Assembly: GCA_963669175.1 (NCBI GenBank)
Contig: OY769902.1
Span: 576,001 to 640,000 of the forward strand
DNA: 64,000 nt
Direction: 5' to 3'
From: a bacterium
GTDB taxonomy: Bacteria > Electryoneota > Electryoneia > Electryoneales > Electryoneaceae
Shown here: one piece after another, positions 1-10,965 of the stretch
Numbering within the stretch: the first letter of the stretch is position 1
Layout: each line of letters starts with the position of its first letter
Notes under the pieces: generated by a model
What the model saw: the letters and a program-made list of their open reading frames with translations, nothing else
Database searches by the model: none
What the model was told of the DNA's origin: nothing
Translations under genes and position numbers: made by a program

Positions 1-2
1 TG

Positions 3-998
3 AGTAATACACAAATTATCTTGAATAATTCAAAAACCATTATCACTAATACTATATTCTATGCACAAAATCACATAGCAAATATTAGAGCAGATAATGA
101 ATCAGTGCTATCAATATCAGATTGTAAATCGTACAATAATGGCTATGTGTCGATAAATATGGGAAGCTATGGCGAAATAAGGAGGTGCAGTTTTTATCAA
201 ACTCGTCTTGGAGTTACATTTGCCAACCATGCTACAGGTATCGTTTCCAACTGCTTATTTAATGGTTTAGGGACAGACACATTTGGCGCCGGTGTCAGTG
301 TTCCAAGAAAAGCCATCCATGTTGAAAACAATGTTTTTGTGAACAGCTATTCGGGGGTTCGATTTTTAGCTGTTTCATCCGGTGATACGCTTCCTATTGT
401 TGTAAATAATTTATTTTTAGGTAACCATTATGCTATACAAGCAGTGGATGGATCAGAAGATTTGACTTCTATTGAATATAATAATTTCTTTGAAAATGAT
501 TCGCTTGTATATCAATGTACATTAGGTGAAAATAACATGTTTCTAGATCCTTGTATCGTAGATGTAGATTCATTCTATTTGTATAATAATTCTCCACTCA
601 TTGATGCAGGATATCCCGGTTTATTGCATAATGATAAAGATAGTACCCGCAACGATATTGGCCTATGGGGAGGACCGCATGGCAAGTCCTATGTATATCC
701 ATTATCAGTCTATGAAAATGAGGTGTTTTTGCCGTCAGAATTCGCAATACTGTCAACCTACCCCAATCCATTCAATTCAAGCCAAGTTGTGACTTTCACT
801 ACGCCAGAACTAAGTGCTGTAGAGTTCACGCTTTTCAATCTTCTTGGACAATCGGTATTGACAATAGACTGGCCTTCACTGCAACCCGGTTTTCATCACA
901 AATCTTACAACGCTTCCGGTTTCGCTTCGGGCGTGTACTTCGTTCAACTATCTACAGGAAAGGAGAGCCAAATACGACGTGTATTTTTGATAAAGTAA
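3..998 (+). CDS. Secreted beta-helix protein with C-terminal T9SS-type sorting domain (5'-truncated by window edge)
   Basis: Frame is open from position 3; parallel beta-helix-like 'NNxF' repeats, 'SPLIDAG...D.G..GG' motif, C-terminal 'YPNPFN...SGVYFVQL...RVFLIK'. Confidence 0.75.
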   Translation, partial: SNTQIILNNSKTIITNTIFYAQNHIANIRADNESVLSISDCKSYNNGYVSINMGSYGEIRRCSFYQTRLGVTFANHATGIVSNCLFNGLGTDTFGAGVSVPRKAIHVENNVFVNSYSGVRFLAVSSGDTLPIVVNNLFLGNHYAIQAVDGSEDLTSIEYNNFFENDSLVYQCTLGENNMFLDPCIVDVDSFYLYNNSPLIDAGYPGLLHNDKDSTRNDIGLWGGPHGKSYVYPLSVYENEVFLPSEFAILSTYPNPFNSSQVVTFTTPELSAVEFTLFNLLGQSVLTIDWPSLQPGFHHKSYNASGFASGVYFVQLSTGKESQIRRVFLIK

Positions 999-1001
999 AA
1001 A

Positions 1002-1073
1002 ACACCGCACGGAGTAGTCGGCAAACTTCAGCCGTGCGGTGTAACCACAATGATCAACACAAGGGTGTTGATC
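1002..1073. other. Two intergenic hairpins
   Basis: ACACCGCACGG/CCGTGCGGTGT (1002-1042) and GATCAACAC/GTGTTGATC (1052-1073) inverted repeats between two co-oriented genes. Confidence 0.5.
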
Positions 1074-1096
1074 CTCAAGAAGATAAGGAGTGAAGT

Positions 1097-4000
1097 ATGT
1101 TTAAAAAAGTGCTCTATATCGCTGTATCGGTGCTGCTGGTGACTTCGTTAACTTCAGCGCAGAACTACCTTGATGAAGATATAGATGAAGATCTGACACT
1201 AAATCCAGTCGCATACATTGTACGTGCACAGACTGAAGGCGATGGAATTATTGAAATAATTGATAATGCTACACTGACTATTTCCCCTGGATGTACCCTT
1301 CAGTTCATGCCTGAACGCAGTATTTTTATCGATGGCGGATCCGCGCTAACAGCATCAGGTACAGCCGTTAGCCCAATTATTTTTACCAGTAATTCTGATC
1401 CGCAAGCTGCAGGTGATTGGGGTCAGATCATCTTTGCCGGTGATAATGCCGTTGATGTTGCTACAGGTACTTTCTCCAACTGTATATTTGAGTACGGTGG
1501 CAACGAAGATGACGATACCGGCGGGTTTCCAGATGGCGCTGCTGTCATGGTGGCCGGATTTGCAGATCTGACCGTGGAGTATTCTACCGTACGGTATTGC
1601 GAAGGGACTGCGCTAGGTGTCAATTATGGAAACACACTTGATCCCGTCACCGTGTGTTTTCAGTATAATGATATCTATCATTGTAATTCCGGGATAAAGA
1701 TTTGCGATCATGACGCCAGTTCCATTACCGTTGAAGGCAATAACATTATAAAGCCGTACAGGGAGAGCGGTGACGCAGACGGTGATTACAGCGGCATAGG
1801 TATTTTAATTAACAGTGGCACGATATATACTGATTTATATGTGAAGAACAACAGTGTGGCCTATGCCAGTTCACATGGTGTGATTACCAATGATATAAAT
1901 GAATTCTACAACAATACAATTATTCATTCCATGTTGTGCGGTTTTGTATACAACGGCGTCGTGACTGTAACAGACCATTTCAAGAACAATATCGTCTATG
2001 GTTTCTCGGAACAAGCAGGTATTGATTCTGTTGGAGTCTATGCTCGAACAGCAATGGGCGCTGAGAACTGTTGTGTATATGATCCTGCTGCAGTTGGGTT
2101 TTACAATGTGACCCCTACCGATACGATTCGAACACTTCCAGGTCTGATTGACACTAACGGATTTGTACCGGAAGATCTGGATCTGCACTTGATGTTTTCT
2201 TCCCTGTGTCTCCATTCAGGCGATTCTACGGCAGCCGCGGACACCAACCTGAACGGAACCCACATTGATATGGGAGCCTATGGTGGTATAAAGGCTCGGG
2301 ATTATTATATGGGGGTAACCGGTACTCTTCCCGATGGTGGAAGCATTACAGGTGAAAAGGGATCGCCCTTTTATGTTACCGGTGAAGTGATACTGCCTGC
2401 AGGGGACGAATTCGAGATAGCTTCTGCCGCTGAAGACCTGGTTTTTGAACATGGGCCATCGGCAAAATGGACAATCCTGGGTGACCTGAACATTCGTGGT
2501 ATTTCAAACAGTGTTAACGACAGCCGGGTAAACGTGCAGATCCTGATATAGGATGGACTGGGATACAGTTTTACGGCTCATCAATCGATACACTGATATA
2601 TGTAGAAATATCGGGATCTGATTGTGGTCTGAAGATTGGAGGCAATGCGCAGGTGAAGTATAGTAATCATCTTGTCATTCGTGACATTATTGATGATGGT
2701 ATCCAATCCACGTCGAGCAATCCTTCTGTTTTTAATGATGTTGATATCTCATGTGCAGGCGATTATGGTCTTCGTTGCACAGGAGGTGCTGTCAGCTTCT
2801 CGCTTGGAAGAATAGATTCGTGTGGTACAGGCATCTCCATAACCAATAGTACAGGTTCTGTAATTGATAGTAGCGTTATTGCTTATAGCACTCACTACGG
2901 AGTCTATATCAATAACAGTAATCCTGTAATAAAGCGAAATACAATTTCCCGAAACGGGAAAACAGGGTTGTATTTATATAATACGTCAATAAATGTAGGT
3001 GTAACACGACAAGATATGGGCAATCGTATGGAGTCAAATGGTATGACAGGATCTACTGCATGGGATAGAAGCGAAGTTATGATAAACTTCGGCTCACCTG
3101 GATTCAAGTATTGTCATAACGATTTTGTCAATCAGAATGCATCAACAAATAAGCTGGTGTATATCATGAATGGTACAATTCCTGTCGGTTGTGGCAACTA
3201 TTGGCGTGGTTATGGGCCTGATCCGGAATTCTGGTTTCTCCCGGATGGCGCTATTGATGACGTGTCTTCCTGGGATGTAACCAACAACCGTCCGGCCTTT
3301 ACCAGTACTGTAGACTTGATTACCCTGGCTTCTTCCTTTGAACTGCAAGGTGACTACGAAGATGCGGCGGATACCTATATGCAAGCTTTGGAAGCAGATA
3401 ACGATGTTCTGGGGCTCAGTGGTTGGATCAGGTGCCAGACAATGCTTGGCACATCGCCATCAACCATCCTCGCAGAAGTGGAAACCTGGATTGATGATGA
3501 AACAACAGTTGGTGAGTCCGCTTTCTGGTTCTCTATTGCACTACAGAATGGGATGGCGGATTTTGAAACTTCCATTGACGAGCTTGACGCTTACATTGAC
3601 GACGCTGACACGCCTGAGGATTCTTTACGTGGTGTGTTTGGTCAATTGGTGACCTACTACCAGATGGCACATGCAGAAGAAGGCGGCCTGGGCGTAATGA
3701 ATTACACGGGTGATGATACTGAATCCCAGCCCTTCGGTCTGCCGCAGTTGGGACGTTTGAACTTCCCGGTTCCACGTAACGAAGCGGATTACATGCGAAA
3801 GAGTGATGAGTTGCTGTCCATGTTCGGCCAGATTCACAACCAAGAGTTCGGTGACAATTCAGGTCTCCCAACATCTTACGCCCTTCGTCAGAACTACCCG
3901 AATCCCTTCAACCCGACCACGACGTTGAGCTTTGACCTGATGCGTCCAGAGACGGTCAAGCTATCGGTTTACAACATCATGGGCAAGGAAGTGGCGCGAT

Positions 4001-4134
4001 TGGTGGATCGTCCGATGCAGGCGGGTACGCATAACGTGACTTTCGACGCGAGCCCACTGGCCAGCGGAATGTACTTCTACCGGATCGAGGCGGGATCATT
4101 CACCGATATGAAGCGGATGGTTTTGGTGAAGTAG
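1097..4134 (+). pseudogene. Large secreted beta-helix/TPR protein with C-terminal sorting domain, split by a frameshift near 2530 (ORFs 1097-2551 and 2653-4134)
   Basis: The first ORF has the signal peptide, the second the 'QNYPNPFNPTT...SGMYFYRI...KRMVLVK' tail. The second frame is open from 2518 (RADPDIGWTGIQF), echoing the 'GDWGQIIF' repeat of the first ORF. Confidence 0.7.
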
Positions 4135-4164
4135 TGTCCGTTGATAATAACAGTGTTCCTTCCG

Positions 4165-4196
4165 CCATAGCCCGAAATGCGAGTTTCGGGCTATGG
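4165..4196 (+). terminator. Hairpin/terminator
   Basis: CCATAGCCCGAAA-tgcgag-TTTCGGGCTATGG directly after the gene. Confidence 0.6.
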
Positions 4197-4463
4197 TCAT
4201 TCAAGTCATCGTCCCACGGCAGTAACACCATGAAAACCTGCGTACCACAACCATGTGAGCCCCGTCACAGCTTGGATAGCAGCATTTTCAACGGTTTCGT
4301 ACTTTTCGGATTCATCTTCTAACCTGGTCTCCGGGTACCCCTTTCGCAGATAAAGAAGCACTGGATTTTTCGTTCAAGCATTGGTAGAGATTCTCAGGAT
4401 GATTATATTGTTTTTACGATCGGGAACCGACGGGGAGAATTTCCTGTTTCCACGTACTCCCCA

Positions 4464-5132
4464 ATGGTGTTACTCCCACCTGTATACCTATCAGCAGCGT
4501 CAACCAGCATCAGTCGGGAATCGATGACAGCTCTATCCGTACAGCGTTCTCCCTCATGGTCCGAGGGTTCGGGCCTGTTGGGCGCATTGGCGATCTTCTT
4601 CGCAGCGTATGCACCGATGTATTCGCTGTTCGGGAAGAGTGTGTCGCTTCTGTGCCTGATTCCGGTGGTGGTCGCTGCGATGGATTTCGGCAGTCGTGGC
4701 GCCCTCCTTGCAACCGCTGCCAGCTTCCCCCTGAACTTGTTCCTGTTGTTCGCGCTTGGCGAAGATTCGGCATTCCCCTGGTTTTCCGTGCTGGATGGAG
4801 TGATCTGGTTCGCTGTGCTGGTTGTGGGACTGGCAACCGGGTACCATTGCGATCTGAGCCGGAAGAAGCGGGAGGATCTGGAACACAGCCGACAGGTGGA
4901 AGAAGACCTGGAGGATACGCTGCTGAAACTGGAGCGATTGAAGCAGCAGGTTCACCCCCGTGGGGGTGTGGTGGCGATCTGTGTCCATTGCATGCGAGTA
5001 AAGGACCATACACAGGAGTGGCAACCGTTTTCCACCCACCTCACTTTCGATGCCAATACGCATTTTGTTCGCAGTGTCTGCCCGGAATGCGAAGAGGAAC
5101 TTACCCACAGGTTTTCGGTGAGGTCGAGGTGA
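4464..5132 (+). CDS. Membrane protein with coiled coil and C-terminal Cys-rich 'ICxxC...W...CPEC' domain
   Basis: About four hydrophobic helices, then a coiled coil and 'AICVHCMRVKD...W...SVCPEC', a tail often seen on signalling proteins. Start uncertain. Confidence 0.6.
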   Translation: MVLLPPVYLSAASTSISRESMTALSVQRSPSWSEGSGLLGALAIFFAAYAPMYSLFGKSVSLLCLIPVVVAAMDFGSRGALLATAASFPLNLFLLFALGEDSAFPWFSVLDGVIWFAVLVVGLATGYHCDLSRKKREDLEHSRQVEEDLEDTLLKLERLKQQVHPRGGVVAICVHCMRVKDHTQEWQPFSTHLTFDANTHFVRSVCPECEEELTHRFSVRSR

Positions 5133-5476
5133 ATTTGTTGAAGTGGAAAAAGTGAAAAAGGTAAAGAAAGTACATGTGACGCAGTATGTATTTAAAAAGA
5201 GGTGTATTTCCTTACATCCCCATCATTGACGTCCTTCCTTATCCTGCGCATCCTGTGAATTCTTGATCCAATTCTTGCCAGCCAACCCATTTCTAATTCC
5301 TCATTTCAAATTCCTAACCCGAATATTTCATGAACGAAACATGGATAATCATCTTAACACAGTTCATATCAGCACAATACAACTGATTCATACAGCATTT
5401 TCAGGGTACAGTTTGCTCCGGTAGTCCTTTGCGTGTTTATTCCCTGTTTCGCTGGCAAAATGAGGCTGAGTATCGG

Positions 5477-5730
5477 CAACCGCCCCGGCAGGGGCAACCT
5501 GTATTAGCCCAGGGCTGCCGCCGTCAGTTTGGCGGCTACCCTGGGAGATAAGGCGCACCATATATTTACTCCGGAAGGAGTAACCTGATAATAATCACAA
5601 GTATACGGCGATAATATCTAGGCAACCCGCTGCCGGGGTTGGCAAGTAGCGTACATCCTATTCCCACCGTGAGCGCCAAACAGACGGCGCTGGACGGTGG
5701 GCTAATACAGAGAACCACTGCCGTGGTTCT
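5477..5730. repeat. REP/MITE-like composite inverted-repeat element
   Basis: CTGTATTAGCCCA (5499-5511) / TGGGCTAATACAG (5698-5710); CGCCGTCAGTTTGGCG / CGCCAAACAGACGGCG; further internal palindromes. Confidence 0.65.
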
Positions 5731-5787
5731 TGTACTGGCCATTTCATCACATACCACATTTGAAATTGCATTGGTGAAATATTCGGG

Positions 5788-6495
5788 CTAATTGATCTCT
5801 CCCGCCAGCAGTAGCACTTCTCCCCGATATTTGGTGTCCGTAGCGACCACTTCATACCGTTCGCAGGTCGCGCCGGGGATGTTCACCACTTTCAGCAGCG
5901 AATCCTGATCCGGGAAATAGTGGATGTGATAATCTTCCGTGTAAAGCAGGTATTCCTGGCAGGGCACCAGTATGACCAGTCGTTTTCGAGTGACACGTTT
6001 CAGTTCTGCGACAGTAGCGTCCAGCGATTTCACATGTTCCAGGGTATGCGCACAAACCGTAACCTCAAAAGCGTTGTCCGCAAAAGGCATCGCTTCCAGG
6101 AATCCCTGTACCATCATAGCGTCCGGGCCAAGACGGTCAGCGGCACGTTTCAATGCAATATGTGACAGGTCGATTCCGCCAACCCGCCTGGACTGACTCT
6201 GCAGCGCCTGTAGCAGGTAACCATCACCACAACCCGCATCCAGGACAGACTCGCATGGTCCCGCAGCTCTGGCAATACGTTGCAGGTCATCCGGGGTCAG
6301 ATCCTGATCATCCCAATGTTGCCAGGATTTCTCGTACACATCCACCCAGTCACGATCCGATGATTGGGACGCTTTTCTGTTCCATTCCACATCAAACCAG
6401 TCCCCGCGCTGTTTGCGGATAATCCGTTTCGAGACAATCCGGTTGTAAGCGTGGTGGATAAATCGTGGCGCTATCTTTTTCAGGAATTGCTTCAT
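5788..6495 (-). CDS. Class I SAM-dependent methyltransferase
   Basis: 'VLDAGCGDG', 'GIDLS', 'MPFADNAFE', 'TLEHV'. Confidence 0.85.
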   Translation of the reverse strand: MKQFLKKIAPRFIHHAYNRIVSKRIIRKQRGDWFDVEWNRKASQSSDRDWVDVYEKSWQHWDDQDLTPDDLQRIARAAGPCESVLDAGCGDGYLLQALQSQSRRVGGIDLSHIALKRAADRLGPDAMMVQGFLEAMPFADNAFEVTVCAHTLEHVKSLDATVAELKRVTRKRLVILVPCQEYLLYTEDYHIHYFPDQDSLLKVVNIPGATCERYEVVATDTKYRGEVLLLAGEIN

Positions 6496-6710
6496 GTTTT
6501 CCGTTTCTGTTACCGCCTGCGGACCGAATCAATGTACGGAATCAGGCAGGCGAGAACACGAACCACGGGGTAGGCCAAAAGGGAAAGCCCGGGATTACAC
6601 TGGTGGACCGTTTCACTTTGACGCCCTCACACATGACGCTTCGCAATGCCCGGGTGCAAGCACGCCGGGCCACACAAAGCCGGGCCACGCATGATATCCA
6701 GGGAATGCTT

Positions 6711-8114
6711 TCAATTCTTCAGGGGGAGCCGGACAGTGAAAGTAGTGCCGGGCGTTGTGGTATCTTCCAGTTCGACATTGCCACCACACCCCTGCAGCGC
6801 CTCACGGCACATCCAGAGCCCAAGACCGGTGCCAACTGGCTTTCTGGTGTCCGGATTTTCATTCGGTGATAGTTTTTTCGTGGTGAAGAAAGGCTCGAAA
6901 ATTCGGTTCCTGATCTCGTCCGGAACACCCGGCCCATTGTCGCGCACTGTTAAAGTCGCCCAACCATTTTCGGCAACCGTGCGCACGTACAGCTCCGGTC
7001 CACTCAGATCATACATGGCTTCCAGGGAATTTCGGACAAGATTGCCTATCACCTGGGCGACGTCGCCGGGAACAACCTGTACGGGCAGTTCTTCTTCGCT
7101 GAGGTTGATGTGTTTGATAACCTCTTTTTTGAAGAAGGGGTCGGCATTCATGAACTGTAGTTCCGAACGAACCAGGTCGTTAAAGTCGATGATGCGATTA
7201 TCGGTGGAAATGTCCATCCTGCCACGTTCCATCAGCGACAGAACCATGTCGTTCAGGTTGGTAACAGCCTGTTCCATATTCAGCACATATTTGTCAATTT
7301 CGCCAGTGTATTCCCAGCAGGAGTGTTGCAACTCATCCTTGCAGTTCTCCATACCTTCTTTGAGGCGTTCGATAGCCATACGAACCAGACGTGCATTTCC
7401 GGAAGCAATTGTGAGGGGATTTTTCAGGTTATGTACAATGCCCTGTACCAGTTGTCCGAATAAAGCCTGCCGTTCCGTTTTCACCAGTTGACGGGTTTGC
7501 TCTTCCAGAACTTCCTCGAGATGTTCCGAGTATTCCTGGATCGTCTGGTTGGCTTTCTGGAGTTCCTGTGTGTTCTGGGTGGCAATGCGTTGCAGGTCAG
7601 CGAGTGTTTCCGCCGTTTCCTCGTTCAAAGCCCATTTTTCCGTCAAAGCCAGCGCCAGTTGACGGACCATATCCGCTTCCAATGGCTTGCGCATCAGGAA
7701 TAATTGATCTGTGTTCCCGAAATGATTGTAAATCGTTTCCCAGGAAAAATCCGAATGAGCTGAAGCCAGAACAATTTGAACGCCGGGATCCTGTTCCCAG
7801 ATTGCTTTAATTGTTTCGATGCCATCCAGCCCCGGATACAGACGAAAATCGATAAATGCCAGCGCGAATGCCTGCCCGGCCTCAACAGCAATAGTGACTT
7901 TTTCTATTGCTTCTTCGCCTGAAGTAGCGTATTCCAACTCATAATAGGGGCGTGATGGTTCCGCTGGAGACGATCCCAGGAATGTATCCTGTGACGCAAT
8001 CAACTCTGTCGGTTCGTCTTCTGGCTGAAGAATGGCAGAGAAAACCTCGTGGATCGATTCATCACTATCGACCACCAGGATCAACCTGTTGGGGGGTAAA
8101 ACAGGGGTCATCAC
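6711..8114 (-). CDS. Hybrid response regulator/histidine kinase (REC-HisKA-HATPase)
   Basis: N-terminal receiver-like domain, 'HNLKNPL', 'NLVRNS', 'DNGPGVP', 'FEPFFTTK', 'GTGLGL'. Confidence 0.9.
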   Translation of the reverse strand: MMTPVLPPNRLILVVDSDESIHEVFSAILQPEDEPTELIASQDTFLGSSPAEPSRPYYELEYATSGEEAIEKVTIAVEAGQAFALAFIDFRLYPGLDGIETIKAIWEQDPGVQIVLASAHSDFSWETIYNHFGNTDQLFLMRKPLEADMVRQLALALTEKWALNEETAETLADLQRIATQNTQELQKANQTIQEYSEHLEEVLEEQTRQLVKTERQALFGQLVQGIVHNLKNPLTIASGNARLVRMAIERLKEGMENCKDELQHSCWEYTGEIDKYVLNMEQAVTNLNDMVLSLMERGRMDISTDNRIIDFNDLVRSELQFMNADPFFKKEVIKHINLSEEELPVQVVPGDVAQVIGNLVRNSLEAMYDLSGPELYVRTVAENGWATLTVRDNGPGVPDEIRNRIFEPFFTTKKLSPNENPDTRKPVGTGLGLWMCREALQGCGGNVELEDTTTPGTTFTVRLPLKN

Positions 8115-8408
8115 AAGACCTTTTCCGCGATCGCAACGGCCCGGAATCCTTACAGCCGGTTTACCAGGATTCCCTCAAGAACACCTTTTTTCCCTACGCT
8201 GTAAGTATATACCAAAAAATCGTAAAAACAAACATATCCGAATGTGCGCTGGGTCAAGTTTTCTGCATTCAAGACGACGTTTCCAGGTAAGCCCGGTATG
8301 CCATTGGATTGGCGAGACTGCCTTGTAACCTGTTATCCTGACAATAAATATCTTTCAATAAAGCCCGGAAAACAATCATAAAGGTTTGAATCTTTTGTCA
8401 CGGGAGTA

Positions 8409-10859
8409 TTATTGGTCAGCATGGGGAGTGTTCTGCCTTTTGTTCCCTTTTGTCTGTTCAAGCTGACTCAACAAGTGATCATATTCGGGAATGAGTTCGA
8501 TAAATTTTTCCAGTATCATGTTGTCCATGTAATAGAGCGCCTGATCCGCCAACCTTGAAAATCCTTCCAATCCATATTTCCTGCTGATCTCCTGGATTTT
8601 GTTGATAACCGATCGCGCTTCTGCCTGGGAATATGCTGTCCCCAGTTCTTTCCATCTTTCATGGATATCCGCTGTCAATTCCCGTATCGCGTTATCGATA
8701 TCTTTCCGGTTCAGCGATAGTGTGCCGTGAACCACGTGAACAGCGGAAAGTTCACTTTTCATGAAGGCTGGATTCTTGCTGGTGTGGTCAAGATATTGTG
8801 TCAGGGTGGCAATCAGCTTTTCACGTGTTACCGGTTTACGCAGGAACACAGCCGCTCCGGCAGCTTTGGCCTTTTCTTCCTGTTCGTGCATAACCGTCGC
8901 GCTCAAAGCAATAATGGGGATGTCAGAAAGTTCGGAATCTGCTTTAAAATGCGTAATTGTCTCCTGTCCATCCATTTCCGGCATGAACAGGTCGGTTACT
9001 ACCAGGTCTGGTTTGTGTGCTCGCGCAAGATCCAATCCTTCTTTACCGTGGTTTGCCACAACCAGCGATAAGTTCGTTGGCGCAAGAAAGGCTCGCATCA
9101 ATTTCTGGTTCAAATGGTTGTCTTCGATCAGCAGTATGGTTGCCGGTTCAAAAGTAATGTTCCGCCATGCTTTTTCAACCTGGCGCGAATCATCCTCAAT
9201 CGCAGCAACATCAATGTTCGGCAAGTGAACAATGAAGGTTGATCCTATCCCCTCTTCGCTTTCAAGCGAAACAGTACCGTTCATCAACGCTACCAGTTTT
9301 CGTGTAATTGTAAGACCGAGCCCCGTCCCGCCAAAGCGTCGCTGATCCTGACCATCGGCCTGGACAAACTCGTTAAATATTGCATCGTGTTGCTCTTTCG
9401 GGATGCCAACACCGGTATCCTGGATTTCAATTGACAGGTCTACAAGGCTGCTACTCTGTTCTGATCTGGAATACCGAACCCGCAAGGTGACAGAACCTTT
9501 CAGGGTGAACTTGATGGCGTTGCCAAGCAGGTTCAGGACAACCTGTTTGATACGCAAGTCATCGAGCAATAGTCCATCCGGGAGCCCTTCCTGCACATCC
9601 AGGGTGAATTTCAGTCCCTTGCCAACTGCTCGTTGTTCCATCAGGAGGTAGATTTCACGGAAAATCTGTGTTATTGAAACAGGTTGAGGATCGATCACCA
9701 ATTTGCCTGCTTCAATTTTTGACAGATCCAGCACGTCGTTAATCAGGTCCAGCAGTGTTTTGCCGCTGCTGGAAATAGCGTTAAGAAATTCCCGGTCCTG
9801 AGGATCTTCGATGCGTGATTCCAGAATCTCGGAAAAGCCCAGGATCGCATTCATGGGAGTACGGATTTCATGGCTCATATTTGCCAGGAACTGGCTCTTC
9901 GCATGGTTTGCAGCATCAGCTTCGATAGCCAGCAGATTGGCGGTGTCTATTGAAGCTTCAAGCTGGCGATTCAATTCCTGGATGGTGATCCGTTCAAGGT
10001 CAGCCTCGCGCGCCAGGGCATTTGCACGGTCCACGGCCATTGCAAGATCCTGGTTGGCTTCTGCTGCATCTTTGTTGGCTGTTCGCAGGTCTTTCAGCAC
10101 GTGGCTCAATTCAAGTTGCCGTTTCCGCTGCATTCGAAACCCTATGCCCACCCCGGTCATTCCCATTAACCATACCACCAGGTGGGTCACTGCGATGACA
10201 GTTGCGTGCCTTTCTTCCGAGCTATACAGTTCACTCAGGGGTGCAGTCACACTTATTCCGCCACGCACATCGCCGAGCTCATATCCCTGTTCAGCATGAC
10301 AGGGCAGGCAGGTTTCATCGGTTTCTAATGGCCACATCAGGCGAATATGGGGTTGTCCGCTGATTTCGATGACTTCCGAGACTTCATCGCTCCCTGATTC
10401 AAACTGTTCCAGGGCTTCAGTTTCCCAGGGATCTGCCTTGTTTGCCGGCCGGATCGGGTTCAGGCTGGTAATATGTCCTTTCACTCCAGAGAATTTTTTT
10501 GCCAGTTCATGAACCTGGCGAGTCATGTATGCCGGGTTGATTTTTGTCAGACGCTTTCCGGTAACCGTCGTAAGGTCGCGGTCTGTGTCATCGAGGAAAG
10601 GGTTGGGCTGGGTTGTTTCATCCACTTTCACATAAACACCACCATGCATGGCGTTCCAGTGACGGTAGAGAATATCCTTTTCGAGGGCTACACGCGCTTG
10701 CGTACGTGCAATGGCCAACGCCTGGGAATGGCTGGAATGTCTGCTCCAGATAAGCGAGCTGGCCAGGGTTAATGTCCAGATAAGGGCAACAAGATAATAC
10801 CCACCGGGCCTCAGGAAGGCTGCAGGTTGAGACATTTTTCTGGTCGACGGCTCTGTCAA
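8409..10859 (-). CDS. Hybrid sensor histidine kinase with DUF3365/Tll0287-like haem-c sensor domain
   Basis: Transmembrane helix, periplasmic 'CLPCH' (CxxCH), second helix; 'FLANMSHEIRTPMN', 'NLLGNAIKFT', 'GGTGLGL'; C-terminal receiver domain. Confidence 0.9.
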   Translation of the reverse strand: MTEPSTRKMSQPAAFLRPGGYYLVALIWTLTLASSLIWSRHSSHSQALAIARTQARVALEKDILYRHWNAMHGGVYVKVDETTQPNPFLDDTDRDLTTVTGKRLTKINPAYMTRQVHELAKKFSGVKGHITSLNPIRPANKADPWETEALEQFESGSDEVSEVIEISGQPHIRLMWPLETDETCLPCHAEQGYELGDVRGGISVTAPLSELYSSEERHATVIAVTHLVVWLMGMTGVGIGFRMQRKRQLELSHVLKDLRTANKDAAEANQDLAMAVDRANALAREADLERITIQELNRQLEASIDTANLLAIEADAANHAKSQFLANMSHEIRTPMNAILGFSEILESRIEDPQDREFLNAISSSGKTLLDLINDVLDLSKIEAGKLVIDPQPVSITQIFREIYLLMEQRAVGKGLKFTLDVQEGLPDGLLLDDLRIKQVVLNLLGNAIKFTLKGSVTLRVRYSRSEQSSSLVDLSIEIQDTGVGIPKEQHDAIFNEFVQADGQDQRRFGGTGLGLTITRKLVALMNGTVSLESEEGIGSTFIVHLPNIDVAAIEDDSRQVEKAWRNITFEPATILLIEDNHLNQKLMRAFLAPTNLSLVVANHGKEGLDLARAHKPDLVVTDLFMPEMDGQETITHFKADSELSDIPIIALSATVMHEQEEKAKAAGAAVFLRKPVTREKLIATLTQYLDHTSKNPAFMKSELSAVHVVHGTLSLNRKDIDNAIRELTADIHERWKELGTAYSQAEARSVINKIQEISRKYGLEGFSRLADQALYYMDNMILEKFIELIPEYDHLLSQLEQTKGNKRQNTPHADQ

Positions 10860-10965
10860 AAGGCTGATACCCCCCAGATTCTCTCAAAAAGAAGTCATCC
10901 AGGTGAAAGATATACTATTGAAGCCCCCGGTGAATAGTATTCAGCAACGATTTGAGGACTTTTTT

